From assembly GCA_963848525.1 (NCBI GenBank), contig CAWKDZ010000001.1, forward strand, positions 374,060 through 438,059: DNA of 64,000 nt. The letters are read 5' to 3'. Shown here piece by piece: positions 46,982 to 55,715 of this stretch. The DNA comes from an uncultured Actinomycetes bacterium (lineage in GTDB: Bacteria > Actinomycetota > Thermoleophilia > Gaiellales > Gaiellaceae). Made by a program: the position numbers and the translations under genes. The stretch's first letter is position 1, and the number at the start of each line of letters is the position of its first letter. The notes under the pieces were generated by a model. That model saw only the letters and a list, made by a program, of their open reading frames with translations. It did not search any database and was not told where the DNA came from.

Positions 46982-48071
46982 AGCGGGAGTTCGAGCGGAT
47001 CGAGATCCCCGGAGAGCACGACGCGCGCGAGCGCGCCTGGTCGGTCGTGCGAGCCGCGTTCGCCGAGCGCGAGCCGCGCGCACGCGAGGTTCCGTGGCGC
47101 CCGCTGGCGCTCGCGGCCGCGGCGACCGCGCTCGTCGCGGCGACGTTCTCGCCTCCGGGGCGGGCGATCGTCGACACCGTCCGCGAGACGATCGGGATCG
47201 CCGGCGCCGACGAGGCGCTCGTCGCGCTCCCCGACGGCGGCCGGCTGCTCGTCGTCTCGGCCGACGGCGTCTGGACGGTCGCGCGCGACGGCGTGCGACG
47301 CCGCCTGGGCGACTACGACGACGCGACGTGGTCTCCGTTCGGCAACTTCGTCGCCGCGACGACGTCGGACGAGCTCACCGCGCTCGAGCCGGACGGCGAC
47401 GTTCGCTGGAAGCTCGCGAGGCCCGGCGTCCGCTTCCCCCGGTGGGGCGGGACGCGCTTCGACACGCGGATCGCGTACTTCAGCCGAGGTTCGCTTCGCG
47501 TCGTCGGAGGAGACGGCAGAGGGAGATCGGCTGCTCGTCCGCCGGGCGGCCGCCGTCGCACCCGCCTGGCGGCCGGGGGCTCGGCACGTGCTCGCCTACG
47601 CGGACGGCTCCGGCCGCATCGTCGCGATCGAGGCGGACTCGGGCCGCCGGCTCTGGCGCACCCGCCCGGGCGGGCGCGTCGCGCAGCTCGAGTGGTCGAC
47701 GGACGGCCGGCCGCCTGCTCGTCCGCCGCGCGCGCTTCGTCGACGTGCTCACCCCGGAGGGACAGCCGTTCACGGGCGTGCGCATCCCGAACGGCGTCGT
47801 CACCGCGGCGGCCTTCCGTCCACGCGGTCACACCGTCGCCGTCGCGTACAAGGTCGGGAACCGCACGCGCGTGCTCGCTCGACGGCTGCTCTTCGCGGGG
47901 CCCGGGCACGTCGACCAGCTCGCCTGGTCGCCGGACGCCCGCTGGCTCCTCGTCGCGTGGCCGACGGCGTCGGAGTGGCTCTTCGTCGGCGCGGACGGCC
48001 GGTCGCGCGTCGATGCGGTGCAGTTCGATCCGGAAGACTTCCCGCGCATCGCCGGCTGGTGCTGCCCGTGA
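46978..48071 (+). pseudogene. Anti-sigma-like membrane protein with periplasmic TolB-like beta-propeller, two frameshifts
   Basis: GTG 46978 overlaps the sigma stop (GTGA). The reading runs in three pieces:
- VKREFERIEIPGEHDARERAW...TM...DGVWTVARDG...AYFSRGSLRVVGGDG.
- GDRLLVRRAAAVAPAWRPGARHVLAYADGSGRIVAIEADSGRRLWRT...EWSTDGR (frame of ORF 47588).
- RLLVRRARFVDVLTPEGQPF...LAWSPDARWLLVAW...IAGWCCP* (ORF 47094..48071).
The junctions lie at about 47515-47522 and 47705-47712. Confidence 0.6.
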
Positions 48072-49010
48072 ACAGGCGCGAGTTCGTCGTCGGCGCGGCC
48101 GCGCTCGCGCTCGCGCCCGATGCGTTCGCGCGACGTGCTCGGCGGCACGCCGACGGCGCTCGTGACCGCCGACCTCGAGTCGCACGTGGTCGCGTTCGAC
48201 GTCTGGGGCGGCAAGGTGCTTCGCCGCATCCGCACACCGCCGGGACCGCGCGCGATCGAGACGGTCAGGAACGATGCCGTCGTCGCGCACACGGAGCACG
48301 GCCTGCTGTCGATCATCGACGGAGCCCGACTGCGGGTGCGGGAAGTGCTCGACGGCTTCGAGGAGCCGCGCTACGCCGTTGCGTACGGCGAGCACGCCTT
48401 CGTCACGGACTCACGCGCAGCGCAGCTCGTCGCCGTCCACGTGCCGAGCGCGCGCGTGGTCGGCCGCGTGGAGCTCGGCGGCGCTCCGCGGCACCTGTCG
48501 CTCGAGCCCTCGGGACGTGTCATCTGGGCCGTGCTCGGCAACAAGGCCGACCGGATCGCCGCGGTCGATGTCACCGACGTGCGCCGACCCCGTCTGATGC
48601 GCCGGATCGCGTCGCCGTTCCTCGCGCACGACGTCGGGTTCGGCCCGGGCCTCGCGTGGGTGACCGGTGGTGCGTCACGGGAGCTCGTCCTCTTCGACGC
48701 GAGTGGGCGTAGGCGAAGGCTTCCGGCCGACGCTCCGCCCCAGCACGTCACCTTCATGGGCCCTTTCGCATTCGTCGCGAGTGGCGACAGCGGGACGCTT
48801 CGGGTCTACATGAAGCGGACCGCCCAGCTGATCCGCACGAGCCTGATCCCCACCGGCTCGTACAACGTCCAGCACACGCAAGCCGGTCTGGTGCTCAGCC
48901 CGTCGCTCACGCGCGGGACGCTCTACGTCGGCGACCGGATCGGTCGGCGCGTCCGGCGGCTTCAGGTCGCACGCTCGTCGCACGACGCGTGCCTGGTCGT
49001 GAGCGCGTAG
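48068..49010 (+). pseudogene. Tat-signal beta-propeller (YVTN/lactonase-like) protein, frameshift between signal and mature part
   Basis: GTG 48068 (GTGA overlap) opens VNRREFVVGAAALALAPDAFA, a twin-arginine signal, in one frame. The mature part RDVLGGTPTALVTADLESHVVAFDVWGG... is ORF 48120..49010 in another frame. The junction is at about 48118-48135. Confidence 0.6.
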
Positions 49011-49020
49011 CGTTCCGCGG

Positions 49021-49479
49021 GTGCTGACGCCGGGCGACCGCCTCCCCGACGCCAACGTGTTCGCCGCGCCGGGCGAGGCGCTCTCGCTCCGCGACGCGGC
49101 CGCGGGCTCGACGACGCTCTTCCTCTTCTATCTCTTCGACTTCTCCGCGACCTGAACGGACGAGATGGAGCTCCTGCGTGACAGGAGACAGGAGTTCGAC
49201 GACGCGGGCGTGCGCGTCTTTGCGATCTCGCGCGACTCGCCGTGGACGCACATCGCGTGGGCGCAGGTGCTCGACCTGAACTTCCCGCTGCTGTCGGACT
49301 GGAACGCCGAGGCGACGCATGCGTTCGGGATCGCGATCACGCACCGCGAGCTCCATGACGTGTCGGCCCGCTCGGCGTTCCTCGTCGACGAGGGCGGTAC
49401 GGTCCGCCGCGCATGGCGCTACGAGACTGGCGACGTCCCGGACTTCGACGAGCTGCTCGCAGCCGCTCGGGCCTTGTAG
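49021..49479 (+). CDS. AhpE/BCP-type 1-Cys peroxiredoxin with in-frame TGA at the peroxidatic Cys position (candidate selenoprotein, or nonsense pseudogene)
   Basis: GTG 49021...LFLFYLFDFSAT-TGA(49153-49155)-TDEMELLRDRRQEFDDAGVRVFAISRDSPWTHIAWAQ...FPLLSDW...SAFLVDEGGTVRRAW.... The same frame is kept across the TGA. The track reports only 49165..49479. Confidence 0.65.
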
Positions 49480-50908
49480 CGCTCGGCGCCGCCCTCTACC
49501 TCGCCGCCGGGGTGCTCGCGCTCTCGCCGGCGCTGCGGCACGCGTCGTCCGACCTGCTCGCGTACGGGACGCCGCGCCCGGGCGGCGTCGTCACGCCGGG
49601 TGACCACCTCCAGACGACGTACAACCTCTGGCTCCCCGGCCACCAGCTCGCGAACGGCCGCGCGCCGTGGCTCGACCCCTACAGCTTCCAGCCCGAGGCC
49701 GAGCCGCGCGTCAACTACCCCGCCTGGCCGTTCGCGGTCGTCTTCTGGCCCCTGCACGCGCTCTTCGGGACGATCGGCGGCTGGAACGCGTTCGCGCTGC
49801 TGACGTACGTCGCCGCCGGCGGGGCGGCAGCCGCGTGGCTGCGCTCGCTGCAGCTGCCGCTCGGCGCGGCGCTCGTCGGCGGGCTCGCGTTCGCGCTCGC
49901 GCCCTACCGGTCGCTCCAGACCTCGGGCGGCCATCTGCTCGGGCCGATCGCTGCGCTCCTTCCCCTCTCGCTCTGGGCGCTGGAGCGGCGGCACGCGTGG
50001 CTCGCGGTGGCCGCGATCGCGTCGATTCCGCTCTCCGGCCAGGTGCACCTCGCCCTTGGCGCGCTCGCGTTCTTCTTCGCGTACGCGGCCGTCCGCCGCC
50101 GCACCGCTCGTCGGTGCGCTCGGCGCGGCGGCCGGCATCACCGCGGGACTGCTCGTCTACGTGACCGAGATCCGCGGCACGGCGGCCGCGTCCGGACGCT
50201 CGTTCGACGAGGTCGAGCGCTACTCGGCGGAGCTGCTCGACTTCGTCACGCGCCACTCGCGGCACGGGTTCGAGACGTTCGTCTTCCTCGGCTGGCTCCT
50301 CCCGGCCCTCGCCGTGGCCGGAGCCGTGCTGCTCTGGCGCCGCGACCGTGGGCTCGCGGCGACGCTGGCGCTCGGCGTGCTCGTCCCGATCGTGCTCGCG
50401 CTCGGCGCGAACACGCCGCTCTACGAGCCGCTCTGGAACGCGGTGCCCGGTCTCGAGGGGACGCGCGTGCCGGCGCGCCTGCTGCCGATCGCGTGCCTCT
50501 GCCTCGCCGCTCTCGCCGCCCATGCGGTCTCGCGCGTCCCGTGGCGCTGGGCGGCGCTCGCGGCGGTCCCGCTCCTCGCACTCGACCTCCGCGTCGACGC
50601 CTACGACCCGATGGGCGGCGACGACGACAACGCCGTCTACGCGCAGCTGCGCGACGCCGGCTCCCGGGCGCCTGCTGGAACGTCCGGTGCACCTCCCCGA
50701 GCTCCAGGAAGGGAGCGTGTACCTCTACTACGCGATCCAAGCGCCGCGCGAGCGGCCGCTCGGCTACTCGACGACGGCCCCGCCCGTCGCCGAGCGCACC
50801 GCCCGCGGGCTGCGCAGCGGCCGGCTCGATCCCTCGACGCTCGGCGTCCGCTGGGTCGTGCGGTTCCGGGACGGCCGCCCCGTCGAGCTTCTCCCTCCGC
50901 AGGGCTAG
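49413..50908 (+). pseudogene. Large polytopic membrane protein (glycosyltransferase-C / YfhO-like appearance), two frameshifts
   Basis: The reading runs in three pieces:
- MALRDWRRPGLRRAARSRSGLVALGAALYLAAGVLAL...ALAFFFAYAAVRR (ORF 49413).
- APLVGALGAAAGITAGLLVYV...AVYAQLRDAG (ORF 50056 frame).
- PGRLLERPVHLPELQEGSVYLYYAIQAPRERPLGY...VELLPPQG* (ORF 50348..50908).
The junctions lie at about 50090-50105 and 50660-50668. The 5' end overlaps the peroxiredoxin gene by 67 nt. Confidence 0.55.
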
Positions 50909-51870
50909 CGCGCGACCACCAGGACGACGTTGCCGACCTTCTGCTGCGTGTCCACGTAGCGGTGTGCCTCGATCACATCCTCGAGCGGATAGGCCCGGTC
51001 GATGACGGCCCGGTACTCGCCGGCCTCGATCAGCCCTTTCAGGAAGAGGACGTCCTGCTTGCGCATGCGAGGCGGCTCGAACACCACCTTCTTGTCGCCG
51101 ACTCGTTTGTGCAAGAGCCACAGGGCAAGGTTCCGGAATCCGTCCGTGGGCAGGTAGAGGCCGCCCGGCTTCAGCGAGCTCTTGCAGCGGCGGAACGAGT
51201 GCTTGCCGACGGCGTCGAAGATGACGTCGTAGGTCTCGCCGTTCTCGGTGAAGTCCTCCTGCAGGTAGTCGATCACGTCGTCGGCGCCGAGCGAGCGAAC
51301 GAGCTCGACGTTCGGCGTGTTGCACACGGCGGTGACATGGGCGCCGAAGTGCTTCGCCAGCTGAACGCCTGCCGTCCCCATCGAGCCGGACGCGCCGTAG
51401 ACGAGGAGCCGCTTGCCTTCGAGTGGAGTCGCGGGCCGCAGGCAGTTCAACGTCAGGAGCGCCCCGTCGCAGACCGCGCCGGCTTCCTCGAAGCTCATCC
51501 CGGCGGGCATGTGCGCGATCGGGAACCTCTCCGGGATGCACATGTGCTCCGCGTGCGCGCCCGTCCTGAGACCCAGGTACGGCAGGGCGCCGAACACCCG
51601 GTCGCCGACCTCGAACTCGGTCACCGCCGCGCCGACCGCCTCGACCTCGCCCGCGAGCTCGTGCCCGAGGATTCTCCGTTTAGGTCGCCGGAACCCCGAC
51701 ATGAACCGGCCGACGAACGGCTCCCCGGACCGAAGATGGGCGTCGGAGCGGGTCACGCCCGACGCGCGGATCCTCACGAGGACCTCGTCGGGCGCCGGGA
51801 CCGGATCGGGGACGTCCTCGATCCGCAGCACGTCCGGTGGTCCGTAGCGGTCGTAGACGACGGCCCTCAT
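50905..51870 (-). CDS. Zn-dependent alcohol dehydrogenase / quinone oxidoreductase (MDR superfamily)
   Basis: ATG 51870: MRAVVYDRYGPPDVLRIEDVPDP.P..DEVLVR......GHE.AGEV.AVG..V..F.VGDRVF...VYGASGSMGTAGVQLAK. Confidence 0.85.
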   Translation of the reverse strand: MRAVVYDRYGPPDVLRIEDVPDPVPAPDEVLVRIRASGVTRSDAHLRSGEPFVGRFMSGFRRPKRRILGHELAGEVEAVGAAVTEFEVGDRVFGALPYLGLRTGAHAEHMCIPERFPIAHMPAGMSFEEAGAVCDGALLTLNCLRPATPLEGKRLLVYGASGSMGTAGVQLAKHFGAHVTAVCNTPNVELVRSLGADDVIDYLQEDFTENGETYDVIFDAVGKHSFRRCKSSLKPGGLYLPTDGFRNLALWLLHKRVGDKKVVFEPPRMRKQDVLFLKGLIEAGEYRAVIDRAYPLEDVIEAHRYVDTQQKVGNVVLVVAR

Positions 51871-52436
51871 CGGACCCCGACGATCACCGCGAGATCCTTG
51901 AACGTCCAGGTCGGTTCGGCCTCGAGCCCGGCTTCGCGCATCCACTCGAGCTGATCGTCGACGCGGTCGGGGAGGTCCAGCTCCCAGTCGATCGGAATCT
52001 GCATGTCCTCTTCGCGCTCCGGCACGACCACGTCGCCGAGCACGAACCTGCCTCCGGGTGCCATGACCTCGGCGACGCGGCGAAAGAGATCCCGCTTGCC
52101 GGCACCGTCGAGATGGTGGACGGCGAGGGCGGAGAAGACGAGCTCGAACGGTCCGGTCGGCAGCGGATCCTCGAGCCGGCTCAGCCGGAGGTCCGCGTCG
52201 GGGAACGTCTCCTTGGCGCGCGCGAGCATCGCCTCGCTCGAATCGATGCCGGTCAACCGCAGCGACGGGTGGTGGTCGAGAATGCGACGAGTCGTCTCGC
52301 CCGTCCCGACGCCGAGCTCGAGCGCAGTCGTCGCCCGGACGTCAGCGGTGGCGGCAGCGACCTGGTCCTGGAACTCGGCATAGGCCGGGATCTCCTCGAG
52401 CATGCCGGGGAGATATGTGTCGGGGTCCCAGGTCAC
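51867..52436 (-). CDS. Class I SAM-dependent methyltransferase
   Basis: GTG 52436 overlaps the stop of the upstream STAND gene (GTGA), and its own stop overlaps the downstream ATG (ATGA). Motif I is ALELGVGTGETTRRIL, followed by ...FELVFSALAVHHL...APGGRFVLGD. Confidence 0.8.
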   Translation of the reverse strand: MTWDPDTYLPGMLEEIPAYAEFQDQVAAATADVRATTALELGVGTGETTRRILDHHPSLRLTGIDSSEAMLARAKETFPDADLRLSRLEDPLPTGPFELVFSALAVHHLDGAGKRDLFRRVAEVMAPGGRFVLGDVVVPEREEDMQIPIDWELDLPDRVDDQLEWMREAGLEAEPTWTFKDLAVIVGVR

Positions 52437-55400
52437 CAGCTCGGCGCGGGAGTAGAGGACTTCGCAAGCCGCGTCGTCTCCTCCGCTCGCCAGCCGAGGC
52501 CCATCCGCTCGAAGCACGCGACGGCCTCACGGACCAGAGTCGCGTCCCTGCGCGACACGCCGAGGGCCCGCAGCGCGAAGGCGCGCGTGTAGCCGTCAGC
52601 CTCGACGTAGAGCGCGGCTTCCTCCTCCAGCCGTTCGATGTCTCCGAGCGCGAGCAACGCATCCAGCCTGGCTGCAGGCCCGTCGATGCCGAACTTGTCG
52701 TCACCGGAGGGCAGCAGGTCGAGGATCCGGCCCATCTCGTCGCGATCTGCGCGCAGGAGCGCGAGCCTGAGCAGCGCCGGCTCGCGCTCGGCCGGAGGCA
52801 TGACGACCGCGGTCGACCTCCCGATCGCCTCCAGGCGCCGCGCACCGCGCTCGTCCCCGAGCTGAGCGAGCCCAAGGGCGGAGACGAGCAGGTTGCGCCA
52901 GTTGAACTGGCACGGAAAATCGTCGTTCGCGGCGGTCACCTCCTCCGCCCGGGAGGCAAGGTCGCGGACGGCGTCCCAGCTGCCGAGAACGCTCTCGACG
53001 GCCAATCGACTGGCCAAGCCGTGGACGCGGTCATGGGGCCCGAGCGAAGCGGTGATCTCCTCGGTGAGCTCGGCCTGCCGGCGGGCACCGCCGAGGTCGC
53101 CCGCTCGCCCGTAGACGAAGACGGCGATGAAGTGCCCGTTGCCGGCGTTGTGGGCGCGACTCAGCCGCTCCGCCACGCGCAGAAGGCGTTCCGACCAGGC
53201 TCGCGCCTCTTCGTAGCGGCGGGCGTGCGTCGCAGCGTCGGCACGCGCTTCCACCGACATCGCGACGAGGGCGTGGTCGCCGACGGTCTCCCCGATCGCC
53301 CGCGCCTCGTCGGCAGCGTCCTCGTTTCCCAACGGCCGCGTCAGCGCCTGCGTCACTTTCGCATAGCCGTAGGCCCGGGAGCCGGGTTCGGACAGCTCGA
53401 GAGCCTTGGTCAGCCACGACTCCGCCGTCTCCAGCGAAGGTGGCTGCCTCCACAGGAACCGGCGAGCGAGGCCGTAGGCGGCGAGGCGCGCGTAGAGCCA
53501 CGCCGTTGTCGGGACGTCCGGACCGAGCTCGAGAGCATTCTCGAGCGACTCGCGGACTCGCTCGGTGTCGAACCGGACGTTCTGGATGTGCGCGCGCTCG
53601 ACATGGAGGTCGATCAGGAGGGGCGCGGCCTCCGCGAGCTCGAGAGCGAGGCTGTTGAGGGCGAGCGCATCGTCGATCTCGAAGCGGTCGGTCGCCAGCT
53701 CCGCCGCCCGCCGCAACCAGCGGATGGCCGACGCCCGCAACGCCTCGTAGCGCTCGGGCTCGTCGCTCCAGGCAAGGTCGGCGTCTTCCGGCCGCGCTGC
53801 GTCCGCGTAGTGGTGTGCCAGCGTTGCCGCGTCCTCGTCTCGCCCACCGCCGCGACCCTCGAGCCAGTCCGCGAATCCGGCGTGCAGGCGGACGCGCTCG
53901 CGTCTCGAGAGCGAGCCCAGCGCCACCTCCCGGGTGAGCGCGTGCTTGATCACCAGCTCGCGGTCCCCTTCGAGGGACGAGCCCGGCCTGCGATGGACGA
54001 AGTCACGCTGCTCGAGGACGGCGAAGTCCGGCTCGTCGCCCACCAGCTCACGGACCGCGCTCGGCCAGAACGTCCTGCCGATGACGGCGGCGGCCTGCAG
54101 CGCCGACCGCTCGGTCGCCGGAAGGGCGTCGATCCTCGCCGCGAGCACGGCCTGAACGGTGTCGGGAAGGTCAACCGCTCGCGGCAGACGCGCGACGTCC
54201 CAGCCGTCGTCCCCCAGCACGCCGTTCGCGATCAGCGTGGCGACGAGCTCCTCGAGAAAGAGGGGATTCCCCTCCGCCTGCGCGAGCGCCTCTCGTACGG
54301 TTGTGGGCGCCTCGCCCGCACCGATGTCGACGAGCCAGCGGTCGACCTCGTCGTCGCTCAGCGGCTCGAGCCAGATCCACTCGGCGGGCACGCGGCCGCG
54401 GCCCCAGGTCGGCGTGCGATCGAGGAGCTCCTGCCTGCCGGTCGCAAGCAGCAGGACGGGCCCAGCGACCTCGCCCAGCGTTCGCTCGAGCAGGTCGAGG
54501 AGGGGCGGCTCCGCCCAGTGGAGATCCTCGACGAGGAGCACCAGCGGCTGCTCGGCGGCGAGCTCCGCCACGAGCTCGACCCAGGTGTCGTGAAGGAAGG
54601 CCCGCGCGTCCATCGGGTGCAGGTCGCCGGCGACGTCGATACCGAGCGTCAGGGCGAGGATCTCCCGACTGCCCAGAAGTGCCAGTGCGCGCTCCGGGGA
54701 GTCGCCGTCGAGGATGCCGAACTGCTCCTTCAGGATCTCGGCGACGGGTGCGTAGGTGCGTGCATGGCCGTATGGCAAGCAGCGGCCTGTGCGGCGCAGG
54801 GCTGTGGGCTGCCTCCGCGCCAAGCGAGGCCCACAACTCGCGAACGATGCGCGTCTTCCCCACGCCGGGCGCCCCGACGATCGTCACGAGCTCGGGCCGG
54901 CGGGAAGTGCGAACTCGCTCGAACGCAGCGTGCAGGCGTCCGAGCTCCTCCTCGCGACCGACGAACGCCGGCGGACGGCCGGGAACGCCCCGGGGGCGCA
55001 TGAGCGTGAGAGCGCGGACGAGCCTGCGGCAAGCCACGCCGCCGGCGATGCCCTTCGCCTCGACTTGCTGGAGCGGGCCGAACTCGAAGGCCCCGGCCGC
55101 CAGAGCCACCGTTCGCTCACCCACGAGGATGGCGCCGGAATCTGCCGCTTGCTCGAGTCTCGCGGCAACATTGACCGCGATCCCCGTCGCGATCGAGCTC
55201 CCTTCGCGGGCGGAGCCGACGACGATCTCGCCGGTGTTGATCCCGATGCGTAGGTCGAGCCCGAGGCCGAGCACCTCCCCTGTGCGGCGCTGCATCGCAA
55301 GTGCCGCGTGCAGCGCTCGCTCGACGTGGTCCTCCAGCGCCTCGGGCACGCCGAAGACGGCCATGACCGCGTCGCCTGCGAACTTCTCGACGGTGCCCCC

Positions 55401-55580
55401 AGCAAGGGAGATCTCGGTCGCCATCGCGTCGTAGAAGCGCGTGAGGAAGGCGCGCATCCGCTCGGGATCCTGCTCGGCGACGCGCTCCGTCGAGCCCGTG
55501 AGGTCGGCGAACACGACGGTGGCGAGCTTCCGCTCGCTGCGCTCGGACTCGCCGTGGTGCCTAGGCGACGTGCCGCTCAC
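52433..55580 (-). pseudogene. Class III cyclase + STAND/AAA ATPase + TPR regulator (no Zn-ribbon), reads as frameshifted near 54800-54815
   Basis: The cyclase and Walker A part (VVFADLTGST...KFAGDAVMAVFG...GINTGE...VNVAARLEQ...IVGAPGVGKTRIVRELWASLGAE) is in ORF 54171..55703. The continuation (ALRRTGRCLPYGHARTYAPVAEILKEQ...LLVEDLHWAEPPLLDLL... plus TPR) is in ORF 52433..54823. The GTG 55580 start is tentative. Confidence 0.75.
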
Positions 55581-55715
55581 CTGCCCAAGGATGGACCTGT
55601 GTGGTCGATCGGGCAAGACGCCCGCCCTACGGGAGCCTCTACATCCCCGTCGCGTGGGAGCCCTTCCGCCCGAGGTACCACGCGAGGTAGCGGACGGACG
55701 CATCGAGCCGACCGA

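Noticed and set aside
42253-50908. Programmed ribosomal frameshifting as an explanation for the frame hops
   Set aside because: The junctions show no shared slippery heptamer or stimulatory structure. They go in both directions (+1 and -1), and up to three occur per gene. Indel mutations or assembly errors are far more likely.
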